Assembly (NCBI GenBank): GCA_951406725.2
Contig: OX597834.1
Coordinates: 9,734,001 to 9,798,000, forward strand
Reading direction: 5' to 3'
Source of the DNA: Octopus vulgaris
Lineage: Eukaryota
DNA length: 64,000 nt
Position 1 is the stretch's first letter. Every line of letters starts with the position of its first letter. A program made the translations under genes and the position numbers. Positions 52,293 to 64,000 of this stretch are shown here, piece by piece. The notes under the pieces are model-generated. The model had not been told where the DNA came from. It did no database searches and saw nothing but the letters and a program-made list of their open reading frames with translations.

Positions 52293-52857
52293 CCTACCAT
52301 GGGAGCTAATTTTAGTCCGGCTATTTCGTTCTATAATTTGTTTTACTTTACTAATTAACACACTCTCTATTTTGTGGAATTAATATTGCTACATTTGTTT
52401 ATAAGTGAAAGATTCCTCTGCGGTTACAAGTGATGCGTATGTTTTGCTTTCACAAACAAAAATATAACTGATACAATTATATAATATTAAACTTTAGACT
52501 ATCTATCTAAACACTGGAATGATCTCCTTGAATCTCCTCGTTCAGTATTGAGGTACCTAAAGGCTGCTCTTAAGAAGCAATAATGATGTTAAGAAATAAT
52601 GCTGACGCCTCTAGTGCAGTCTCACTTGCTGTCTTGGCAGACAATAGTATTAAACATTTTCTTTTAATCATTATATTTAACCAAAATGTGGTTAGTTCTG
52701 ATGCGAAAACAGTCGAATAATTAACTCGGTTCTTATATTTACAAAATCCCATGATTCAGGAATATCACCAATGTTACAGTTTCTGAAAACTTCACGTTAA
52801 TTATTTTCATTATTGTTGTTGTTACCATTATTATTATCATTATCATTATTATTATGT

Positions 52858-53322
52858 TTTTTCCTTCTTTCTTCAAATTTTCTTCCGTTTCTCGCCGAGT
52901 TTTTTCCATACACCTAGGGCAGAGAAGGGCATTGTATGCATTCCCAGATTACACGCGCAAATTCACAGATAAAATATGTATTTAAAAATTAATGAATAAA
53001 TAAATTCATGGATGGATGTTATTTTCACAGCGATAGTGCTCTTCTCAGTACATGAGCCGTTCCTATTAATACGATTTTTGCACTTCCTGTAGGGATGGTA
53101 AGCCTGGAATCATTTTCAAATAGGTTTCAGTATCTTTTTTTTTATCATTCCTAGAGATCCTACAATCACTGGTACTATAGTCTTGAGATGCCACATTTTT
53201 TCAATTTCTATTAGCAGGTCTTTCTATTTACTAATCTTGTCAAATTCTTTCGCCGCTATATTGTGATCACAGGGAATACTCATGTCAATTAATAAACACA
53301 TCCTTTTTGTCTGATCTTTTAT
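52858..53322 (-). mobile_element. R4/Dong-like LINE 3' end with 3' UTR, flanked by (TAA)n
   Basis: CLLIDMSIPCDHNIAAKEFDKISK*KDLLIEIEKMWHLKTIVPVIVGSLGMIK...LPSLQEVQ/IVLIGTAHVLRRALSL* (stop 53025-53027); TAA-rich runs on both sides. Confidence 0.85.
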
Positions 53323-53340
53323 ATTATAATTATTATTATT

Positions 53341-53901
53341 GAGTGAGGGAGCAGTGCATGCCATCAAATTGACACTGGGGTAAAATACACGAAAACCAGT
53401 ATACCCACCCATCATGACTACCCCTATGATAAGGGTAGACTAGGCACGTGCATCACAACCATATGAGCGCGACACGGTGATCTCATATCAAGATAAATGG
53501 CGCATGACCTTGGTTGCTGGGCCCAGTTAGAATTTTCTTCTTGTCGAGTAATCAATCTCGCTCAAAAGGACTCTGCATAAGGTTTGTTTAAGGATGTTGA
53601 ACGAAACACCCATATTACCAGAGGTGAATTATTGAAACCCCTAAGAATCCCTCTCAACACATGGCTATGATGCTCCCCTACTACTTCTACTTGAGATCAG
53701 AGATGCACATATCGTCAGCCACTAAGGTAACATGTTCAATCGGTTAATGTCAATCAACTGACAAGCAAATCTGTGGTATTGAGCAGAATATTTGCTGTAG
53801 CCCATCTTTTATAGCAAGACAAAACAAGGTACATGATAACACTCCCAATCAGTTAAGATCAGAAACTACGAGAGCCACTGCCTGGTACTGCATCAGGGCA
53901 T
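53341..53901. mobile_element. ~560-bp non-coding insert bounded by (TTA)n, probable non-autonomous retroelement
   Basis: Sharp boundaries into ATT repeats on both sides, higher GC than flanks, no ORF or TIR. Confidence 0.45.
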
Positions 53902-53914
53902 TTTATTATTATTA

Positions 53915-53957
<43 letters not shown>

Positions 53958-53994
53958 TGCTACAATTACTACTATTGTTGCTGTTGTTGTTGAG

Positions 53995-54530
53995 ACGGCG
54001 AGCTGGCAAAATCATTATCTCGCCGGGCAATTCGCCAGTCCTTAAGTTCTGAGTTCAAATCCCGCGGAGGTCGACTTTGCATTTCATCCATTCGGGGTTG
54101 ATAAATTAACTAACATTGAAACACTGCAATCGATGTGATCGACTAAGTCCCCTTCCATAGTTTAAGGTCTTGTGACTCAATATTATTATTGTTGTTGTTG
54201 TTGTTCTTATTAAGGTGGCCAGTTGGCAGAATTGTTAGCACGCCTGGAAATATGATTAATAAATAGCATTTCGTCTTCATCTTCTAAGTTCAAATTCCGC
54301 CGGGGTTCGCTTTACGTTCCAACTTTTCGGACTCTATGAAAAAAAGGATCAGTCGGGCACTGGGGTCGATGTAATCAACTCGCCCCACATCCCCAACAAT
54401 TTCAGACCTTGTGCCTACAATAAAAAAGGATCATTGTTATTAGTAGTAAATTCCGTCAGGTGTTGATGTAAACGACTGATCCCCTACTCCCGAGTTGCTG
54501 GCCTTGTGCCAAAATTTGAAATTATAATTA
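53995..54530 (+). mobile_element. Cluster of SINE type A copies between ATT/GTT repeats
   Basis: GGCGAGCTGGCAAAATC at ~53997, GGTGGCCAGTTGGCAGAATTG at ~54214, tail fragment at ~54460. Confidence 0.75.
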
Positions 54531-54838
54531 TTATTATTATTAGATGTAGTAGTAGTAGTAACAGTGTTAGTGTTCTTGCTTTTGTTGCAAAGCAGTAATT
54601 GTAGCAGTAATTGTAGTAGTAATAAAGAATAGTAGCAGTAACGAGATATTTTTATACAAATAAGAAATATAAAAATATTTTTTATGTACAATTTGAAGAA
54701 GAGGGAAACGGAACAATCATTTTAGTATCTGATGTCGCTGTTATATGAAAATATACCAGAAGTATTAGAATTTTATATGAACAGGATTGGGTGGGGATCA
54801 AGAAAGTAGGTTTGGCCGACAGGAACATACAGAAGCCC

Positions 54839-54839
<1 letters not shown>

Positions 54840-54886
<47 letters not shown>

Positions 54887-55092
54887 CATACATGCATACA
54901 CACACATGTATGTATATATATATATGTGTGTGTGTGTGCATACATGCATACACACACATGTATGTATATATATATATATGTGTGTGTGTGTGTCATACAT
55001 GCATACACACACATGTATGTATATATATATATAGATATATATGTGTGTGCATACATGCATACACACACATGTGTATGAATGTATGTATGCGC
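54840..55092. repeat. (TA)n(TG)n-CATACATGCATACACAC minisatellite
   Basis: Four units. Confidence 0.9.
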
Positions 55093-55931
55093 GTAAGCAT
55101 GCATTTATGTATACATAGGTAAACATAGTTAAAATCAGTTTGACTCAGCTCTATCTTTTTATCATATGTTATACCTGCTGAGCCAGACGTATTCGTACGA
55201 GTGCACTTTAAGTGATATGGCGGTTGAGTCAGACAGTTGTTACGCATACATGTAGTTCCTATCAAATGCGTTTGACTTTCGCTCTTGCATTCATTTATGC
55301 AAACACACTCAGACGAACACTCACTTATATATTATATCTTAATGCTTGATTGTAGGTTCAGTTATAATAAAAAAAACAATTTTACATTAATCTAGCAGGT
55401 TCTTCTATACTCTTGTAGAGTACAAATTTATTATAAATAAACAAAAATGTTGGTGACTTTGACTTCGAAGTTCCGGTCAGCTAAGATATCATCGGACACT
55501 CACACACACACACACATATATATATGTCATTATTTAGTTCATTTCGAGATTTCTTGCCAATAAAGAAAGGGTTTCTAACCTGGATCCAAGGTTCCTTCAT
55601 TGGAAATTAAACATCAACAAGAGGGTATTTTTGTTTGTATGTGTGCATGTATGTATGTGCAAAAATTTATGTATGTAGATAGATATATGGATACACAGAT
55701 AGATAGATGGATGGAATTTCTCAGCCGCTTTGATATCGCTTGCTACAGCATTGCTGTTCTGTGTCTCTTCTCAAGAGAAAATGCAAGTGAATGCCAGAAA
55801 GCCTGCGTCTGAATAGCCTGCGTCTGCCAACATTTCACTAAAAATACAAAAATACCTCACAGTGGCTGAAAGAGAAAAAAAGAACCACCAGTCACATCGA
55901 CATTACAAGAAAATTTCTTAACGAGTGAGAC

Positions 55932-55990
<59 letters not shown>

Positions 55991-56013
55991 CACACACACA
56001 CATATATATATAT

Positions 56014-56214
56014 AGTTAATCCTAACATGGAAACACAAAGAGAAAACACAACAACGGGAGGACGTGGAACAAGTATAGCATTATTGGACGCTCAGGAAAG
56101 AAGGGGGGGTTAACGTTTCGGACGGAGCTCTGCGTCAGAAACATAGGAATAGGAAAGATCCAAAGGAGGGAAGACGGAGGAAACAAAATCGCCAACGGTA
56201 CATACACGGTCACA
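56014..56214 (-). mobile_element. Penelope-like 3' terminus with decayed hammerhead, between (TA)n runs
   Basis: Reverse complement GTTT-CTGACGC-AGAGCTCCGTCC-GAAACGTT-AAC, then TTTCCTGAGCGTC shared with 10322/50200. Confidence 0.6.
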
Positions 56215-56859
56215 ATAAATAAATATATATATATATATATATATATCTGTGTGTACGTATATGTATGTATGTATGTATATATATATATATATAATATTCC
56301 ATGAATCTAATATTTTCAGTGGTTTGATACAAATTAAGGCTGGCACCACGATAAGTATGACAAGTTTTTATCGATCAAAATGAATGACACACATTTAACG
56401 GGAAATGTGTGTGAAATTACTTCAGCACCGTACAAAACTTTATTAAATAATCGTTGGTGTCTTGGTTATCTTTCAAATTTCATCGAAGTGAATCCAGTGC
56501 ACATATGGCTACGGGAAACGACAATTTATTTCTAATCTAGCAATTTCCTTTACACTTTACTATGCGAATAAAATGTTATCTTTCTTTTTCTCTCGCACTC
56601 GCATGTGTACGCAGTCATCTCGTTTATGTACGTAGTGAAACGGTATAAGCATTTACCTAATATTCTCTCTCTATTTGTCTGTCTGTCTATCTATCTATCT
56701 ATCTCTATCTCTCTCTCTTTCTTTTCTTTTCTCTTCACTTTCTCTACCTATCTATCCCTCATCCTCTTTCTATTTCTTTCATTTTCTCTTAATTGTTGTG
56801 TATGCAGGTGTATTTACACACACACATATATATATATACATAGACATATATATATATGC

Positions 56860-56896
<37 letters not shown>

Positions 56897-57599
56897 TACA
56901 TATATATACATATATATATGAATGTACGTCTCTACAAATATATCTAAATGCACACGCATACATACATCATGCATCCATATATAACACACATGCCTACATA
57001 CACATAGATACATACATTCACACACGCAGAATCCTCACACATACATACATAACATACATACACATACATACACTTACATAAATACATACATACAGGCCCA
57101 GGAGGGAAGTGATTTAATTCGGCTTCCGTCAAAACCTTAGCTGAATTTGAATAATACATACGACACATTCAGGTGTCTATATAATAGCCAAACCATCATC
57201 AGGAAACGAAGTGATCACTTAAAACTGGAACCTTACTAAGTCTTTTCATTTCCTTGGTTATTTCGTCTTTATGTATTGACGTATTAAGCTGTATACACAG
57301 GCAGAATTAATTTTCTACTTCGTGTTTAAACTTAATATGGGAATTTAATACGAAAGACATTTTTATCATTAAGATTAGCTTAATCCGAGCAAAATGTGCT
57401 TCATGAAGTCGGCGCTGTGTAACATATTTGAACTACCCCTGAGCAATAAATCTAGGCTGCTTTTGAACCAAGTATTTCAGAAGGGTCTTATGAACACTGC
57501 CATACGCTTAGTCTGTATCTTTACTGCTTCTATGACACGATTGTATAAGAATATCAATGGTGCTTCTGATGTTTCAGGATTATGCCAAGCCCACAAAAT

Positions 57600-57812
57600 C
57601 ATTTCTGCTAGAGGCACAAGACCTGAAATTTCGGCAAGAGGGACAAGTCGATTACATCGACCCACATGTATCTCTGGTACTTAATTTATCGAAGCCGAAA
57701 GGATGAAAGGCAAAGTCGACCTCGGTTGAATTTAAACTCAGAAAGCAAAGATAACGAAATGCCGCTAAGCATTTTGCTTGGCGTGCTTAACACTCTGCCA
57801 GCTCACCATCTT
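57600..57812 (-). mobile_element. SINE type A
   Basis: GGATGAAAGGCAAAGTCGACCTCGG and CTGCCAGCTCACC motifs. Confidence 0.8.
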
Positions 57813-57885
57813 ATAATAATAATAATCCTTTCTATGCCTGAAGTTTTTTTATGGGTGGGGTGTAGTCGATTACATCGACCCTAGC

Positions 57886-58004
57886 ACTCAGGTGGTACTT
57901 AATTTATTACGCAACGGGCGAAATATCTGTAAGCATTTTGTCCAGCGTGATAACTATTCTGCCCGCTCGTGCCTTGATAATGGCAACCTTTAGGAGGGAC
58001 ACAC
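57886..58004 (+). repeat. Direct 119-bp duplicate of 51943-52061
   Basis: Same internally deleted SINE A piece plus flank TGCCTTGA(G/T)AATGGCAACCTTTAGGAG(A/G)GACACAC. Confidence 0.9.
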
Positions 58005-58240
58005 GTCGTATATATGTGTATGTATATGTTTGTGTGTCTGTGTCTGTCTCCCAACATTGCTTGACAACCGATGCTGGTGTGTTGACGTCCCCGTAACTTA
58101 GCGGTTCAGCAAAAGACACCGATATAATTAGTACTAGGCTTACAAAGAATAAATCCTGGGGGTCGATTTGCTCGACTAAAGGCGGTGCTCCAGCATGGCC
58201 ACAGTCAAATGACTGAAACAAGTAAAAGAGTAAAGAGTAA
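58005..58240 (+). mobile_element. SINE type B, 3' half
   Basis: Begins GTCGTATATATG, ends GAAACAAGTAAAAGAGTAAAGAGT. Confidence 0.9.
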
Positions 58241-58999
58241 TAATAATAGTAATAATAATAATAATTATTATTATTATTATCATTATTAGTATTATTATTG
58301 GAACAAAAGATGAAACTTTGATAGTGTTGATTCAGTTATTACATCGACCTGCGGGCCTCAACTACAATTTATATAAGCAACTACGAAATGATGAAATGCA
58401 AAGTCGACCGGGGCAAAATTTGAACTCGGAGGAGCTTAAAGCCGAAAAAAAATGCAGCCCAACGCTTTCTTGAGTCGAGGTTGCAGAATCGTTAAACCGC
58501 CTCAGCACATTTTAGTGTGAGATTTAAACACACCATATTTACCATTCTCACTCTCAGGTTTCAGTAAATTTAAAGGCAACGAATTGCAATCTCCCTTGAA
58601 GTTCGTCTTCCGTAGTTACATGAAGAATGCTGTGATTGGGTTGGACGAGGTAGAAAAGTTCTTTTCTGAAACTATTCAAACGTAACTACGTATTTCTTTT
58701 CCGATACCCACAGAGTAGAGAAGCTGCAATTTTTTATTTGTCAAATGATGTGAACAATGGAAGCTTGCATTTTGAGAAGATACATCGGTTATTTTCTTTA
58801 ATAAGTGAATATAACATAGAGTTAATATTACCAAGTCACTGAAAATAGTGCTATATCTGTTTCTTTCAGATTGATCATTAAAAAAAAATGAGGGAAAAAA
58901 TGTAAAACGAAAAGAGGTAAACGCTAAATAATGATGGGTTTTCAAGATTCAATTTTGTTCTGCTCTTATGTATTGTATTTGCATAGACATCATATACAT

Positions 59000-59185
59000 A
59001 CATATATAAATTATGAATGGAGGTATAAATATATATATATGTGTGTGTGTGTTTTATACATATATAGTGAGAAATATAAATATATATATGTATATATGTG
59101 TGTGTGTATAAATATATAGCGAGAAAGATAAATATATATATATATAATTCATACATATATATACACACACACACACGCACATATA

Positions 59186-59277
<92 letters not shown>

Positions 59278-59400
59278 GTATATATATATATATATACCTA
59301 TACATACATATACAGCTACATACTTTATGAATATAAATATATATATATATATATGTGTGTATGTGTCTGTTTACAAATATGAATTTATACATACATCCAT
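59000..59400. repeat. (TA)n-dominated microsatellite region
   Basis: Direct observation. Confidence 0.95.
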
Positions 59401-60097
59401 ACACATTACGCACCTACATACATTTCACATATATAAACGTATGTATGTGAATGTATACAAGATGGCAGAACACATAAGGGAAGCATCAGCGGTGAGGTAA
59501 ACTAAAAATATGCAAGCTGAATGTATCCATTAGGATTAACACATCAAAGAATACTTGATTACAAATGTATGTTGTTCATATGCACGTAATCATCCAGCGA
59601 TTGTTTCTTTGCATATTATCCAATAATTATTATCATGTTTCCTGTTCATGCTTTGAGAAATTCCTTTCATGAATCAAGAATGAGTTACATGTTGAAGAAT
59701 ATGCTTAGAAATGTTAAAAGAATATTTTTGCTTTAGGAATATTTAGAAGTTTGATAAAAAATGTTCAATGGAAGACATGAATAGAAGTGTTCCGTGTTCA
59801 AAACTGATGCTTATTTTTTAATAAATTTTCGGCAAGGTTTTTTTGGTAATCTTTTATTTTGTAATGTTTTTGCTCACCGGATTGTAACCATACTGGGACA
59901 CTGCGTTCAAAGTTTCTTTACTGGAGTGAATAGATCCCAGTATTTACTTCTCTTAAGTCTGGTATAAATCAATCGATTTCCTGTGCCGCACTTCTAAATC
60001 AATAAAGAAACAAACCACTGTCGTGAAAAGGTAAGGTGGGCGGGGGCTAATAGATTCACAAGAAAACAAAATATATATGTATAGGTATATATGCGTA

Positions 60098-60345
60098 GAG
60101 GCGCGTGGCTTAATGGTTAGGGTGTCAACATCCTGATCGTAAGATTGTGGTTTCAATACCTGGACCGGACGACGCGTTGTGTTCTTGAGCAAATCATTTT
60201 ATTTCACGTTGCTCCTGTCCACTCAGCTGGCAAAAATGAGTAACGCTGCGATGGAATGGTGCCCCGTCCAGCTGGGGAACACATACGCCATTGAAACCGT
60301 GAAACCGGGCCCATGAGCCTGGCTTTAAAAGGGTGCATTTATTAT
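60098..60345 (+). mobile_element. SINE type C
   Basis: Colinear with 17885-18131. Confidence 0.9.
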
Positions 60346-60374
60346 TTATATGTATATATACATACATAAGCTTA

Positions 60375-60583
60375 CCGAGGCACACACAAGACACACACAA
60401 ACATACACACACATAAGTATGACAGGCTTCCACTTTTTATGTGTGTTGAATTTACTCAACGCATTGGTCGGCCTAAGCCTACAGTAGAAGAAACTTATCC
60501 AAGTTGCCTAGCTGTGGGACCGAACCCCTAATGCCTTGGCACCAAATCAAGCTTCTTAGAAATACTAGCCGACGCCAGCGCCT
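60375..60583 (-). mobile_element. SINE type B 5' half, diverged
   Basis: TTGGTCGGCC...AGTAGAAGA...GTGGGACCGAACCC motifs. Confidence 0.6.
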
Positions 60584-61039
60584 ATATATTATACGGTATA
60601 TACTACTGTAGTTTTTATTATTGAAATTTATGTCAAAAATATTTTGTCCGACCTGATTTTTATTATAAAATCTTCATGTGCGTTTCACACTATAATTTAT
60701 GAAGACAGATGGGGCTACACATTCTGTCAGGGAACGTTATTTTTATTGGGAGATACAAAACTTTGGTGTCGAAAACTATATAGGCGGTAATCGCCACCTC
60801 TGTGTTTAATGCCCGAGTGTGTTTGCATCATCTGGACACAGTGTGAAGTATTGTGTAGGTAATTGCTCTGAACTATAAAAACATTTTATGTGCAGAATAT
60901 ATGTATATTATTTTCAACATATCTCTTTTAATAAACAGTTTCTTTATCGCTTGTAATATTGCTTCTGCTCTTCCATTGAAACTCTAGATGCACTTCTAGG
61001 CAAGAGAAAGAACAGCATTTTTATTTATATGTAGAGCTA

Positions 61040-61199
61040 CTCTCTTTACTCTTTTACCCCGGGACTTATTCTTTTGTAAGCCCAGTACTTATTCTACCGG
61101 TCTCATTTGCCGAACCGCTAAGTAACGGGGACATAAACACACCAGCATCGGTTGTCAAGCAATGCTATGGGGACAAACACAGACACACAAACACATACA

Positions 61200-61237
<38 letters not shown>

Positions 61238-61405
61238 CATACGACGGGCTTCTTTCAGTTTCCGTCTACTAAATCCACTCACAAGGCTTTGGTCGGCCCG
61301 AAGCTATAGAAGAAGACACTTGCCCAAGGTGTCACGCAGATGAACAGAACCCGGAACCATGTGGTTGGTAAACAAGCTACTTACCACACAGCCACTCCTG
61401 CGCCT
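61040..61405 (-). mobile_element. SINE type B with deletion near the tail
   Basis: Colinear with 51505-51888. Confidence 0.9.
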
Positions 61406-61723
61406 ATATGTTCATGAAAAAGCTAGTTCATGAAAATATTAGACATGAGGTACTTTTACATTTATTTACTATATTTCGTCAACGTTTAATCCTTATATTC
61501 CATTTCCCTGCAGTTTAAAGTCCTGATATTTGCTCTTCGAGTTCTAAACAAATTCCTCAAAAGATATTTGTTTCTGAGGATATAAGCAACTCTTTATATA
61601 TATTCTTTTCTATCTTAGTCAACGTAGGTTAATCAGATTTTCTCTTTCATTGAATATATTTTGCATTTTTCAGTTCAGATTACGAAATTTACTTCAGTTC
61701 AATACTCTACTGTTCCATACTTC

Positions 61724-61930
61724 AGTAAATTCCACGCGGTTCACTTATCGCGGTTTATTATTTAAGCTTACGTCGATTCCTCTGTGGTGTTCTTCCTCAT
61801 TTATAATAAAATAAATATATGCAAATATATAAAAAAAGGAATAAACATATAAAGTACTGTTTCTAGTTCGCGGGGTTTCACCTGTCGCGCGGGATTTGAA
61901 ATGTTACACCAGCGATAGTTGAGTAAAATT
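61724..61930. mobile_element. Degenerate Tigger-like MITE
   Basis: CAGTAAATTCC...CGCGGTTCACTTATCGCGG and TTCGCGGGGTTTCACCTGTCGCG...GCGATAGTTGAG subterminal motifs. Confidence 0.45.
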
Positions 61931-63267
61931 GTCTTTGCAAATATGTTAATGGCATAGAAAGAGCTGATACTCTTCAACTGATTTGAGTTGATAGTTACTT
62001 TTCCCCCCGATATCAATATTCTATTTTTACTCTCATTTTCTTTACTAACCTGATAACTAGAATCAGATATATCATCTTGTGTGACTGATCAATACAACTT
62101 TTCTCTCTTCCAGGAATTATAATTTCCTTTTCCAGAATTTATACTTGCATAACAGTAATTTTCGTGAGCAGTTTATAAGTAGTGATATCTATATTAGAAA
62201 TACATGAAGGGTTTGGTCAATAATAATCAGTAATCTTTTTAAGGATCTATATCCTACAGCCGATAGTCTTCATGAAAATGATTTAGAGGCTACTGAATTT
62301 TACTGTTACCTAGTAGAGTTGTATTTCAAACGAAAAATCGTCCAAACTTTTGAATGTATCCATAACTTACTCAGTTTCTGATACTGTTTAAAGCAAGCCA
62401 CGAATCAGATAATTTCAGGAGATATTTTTGTATTAACATTTCTGATATTTAATTCTCAGACAAATTACGGTTTCTATTTTACGTAGATGCGCTTACAAAT
62501 ATAAGCTTCCGAAATGCTTCTAATGCGCCATTAGTGTTATATACCATCTATTGTTATTTTGTTCCCATTTTTATTCTTATAGACTTTCTGCTGATTGTTT
62601 CCAACATCATGGTTTTAAGATTACCACGTTTTTCAAATGCCAAATCGGCATTAAGTAACAGATTATAATCAGTTATTTAAGCAAATGTTTTCGTTTCAAT
62701 CATTCGAATGTTTGCAGTCATGTTTGTTCATTGCTTGTATTTAATCATCATGAGTTATATTTGCCAGAGTATAATCTCATGTGGGTTACTTTATTTGCCT
62801 AGTAACGTGGAATATCACTTCTACATTCTAATTATCACCTCCAGTTATCTCATCTGTTGATGTATTTGTGTTTGGTAACTTTCCAATTCATTTTATCTTG
62901 CATACTTTATTGTTAACATGCAAACGCGTTTACGGTATTCTTTAATTTAGATGTAATATTACGATTTTCTAATACTATGCTTATAGAAGCCTTTAAAAGA
63001 TTGTTTCTTACGAATACGCCTACAGTTCATGAGATCCATTTGAACAAGATTCTATATGTGGTGGCCATGAAAATGAATATGGTCAGTATTAGGAATGTCT
63101 ACACTATTACCAATAATATTATCCCCGAATTCAGAAAGGACATTATTATTTATTTTTATGAATACGAAAATTATTATAAAGCTTATATCACTTCACGATC
63201 TCTTTACTTGTAGATCAACAGAATCATTTGTACCTGTGACGATATATTTTTGTAAACCATGGTACTA

Positions 63268-63394
63268 CATGGTGTTCACAAAGTCTGGGTACATGGAGTA
63301 AATAAAATCATAACATAAACAATTAAATATAAGAAATACTAATTTCTTAAAGAATGTGTTAATCACCATGTATCCACACTTTGTGGACACCCTG
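63268..63394. mobile_element. Tc1/mariner-type MITE (127 bp)
   Basis: TA|CATGGTGTTCACAAAGTCTGGGTACATGG ... CCATGTATCCACACTTTGTGGACACCCTG|TA; ~29-bp TIRs, TA TSD. Confidence 0.85.
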
Positions 63395-63499
63395 TAGATT
63401 TGTATACAACTTCACCAGTTTAATAAATGATAAAACGTTATGCATAACCGAAAATAAATTACCTGTTTAATATTACAAAATAACCAAGGTGACAAGTTT

Positions 63500-63685
63500 G
63501 CAGACTCGGTAGTTCAGGGGATAACATTCTTAGCGATACTTCATCCGTCCTAGCATACTCAATTCAAGTACCACCGACGTAGAATTTGCCTTCCACACTT
63601 TCTAATCGATAAAATAAGCACCAATTTAATACTGGGGTCAACGTAATCTTCACCAATTCTCAGAATTACTGGCCTTGTGTAAATT
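63500..63685 (+). mobile_element. Old SINE type A copy
   Basis: TTTGCCTTCCA...TCGATAAAATAAGCACCA...ACTGGGGTCAA...TGGCCTTGTG motifs. Confidence 0.55.
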
Positions 63686-64000
63686 AAGCAGAGGAATATT
63701 ACAAAATATGAGATATAAAATAACGATATGAAATAACAAATGTTTGTGTCGGGTCATAAAATTGTATTTTGATAATTACAAAGAACACTCTATCAAGATT
63801 GACCAAACATTTATAACTGGAATATGTTTCTACCAAGCCTGAGTAGAAATTTTCTTACATGGGCAATGGTCTTATATGCAAAATGTCACCGTATTACGCT
63901 ACTGTTGCTGCTCACGAAAGTAGACGCAATCTGAGTTTATTCTTGAAACGGGTGTCTTTGCAACAGAAATCTTGGAAGAAAACGTTGGAACAATTCTAAC

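Overview
AT-rich, microsatellite-dense eukaryotic DNA. It is most likely intronic or intergenic sequence from a coleoid cephalopod (Octopus-like), inferred from the tRNA-derived SINE families and the (TA)n/(CA)n load. No intact protein-coding gene can be supported, and nearly all ORFs in the track are translations of dinucleotide repeats or SINEs. The window is a transposon landscape: (1) five tRNA-derived SINE types, labelled A-E here, some sharing swapped modules; (2) two non-autonomous Helitrons, one carrying a captured piggyBac transposase fragment; (3) RTE and R4/Dong-type LINE 3' fragments; (4) several MITEs; (5) Penelope-like termini with minimal hammerhead-ribozyme motifs at (TA)n edges. 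The most unusual structures are a fold-back pair of hammerhead motifs, several local inverted duplications that could form long dsRNA, a TAA-flanked nest of retroelements, a candidate non-coding exon on the minus strand, and a 41-codon signal-peptide-like sORF. I found no convincing wholly new biological system. Family names are from motif recognition by eye and were not checked against databases.
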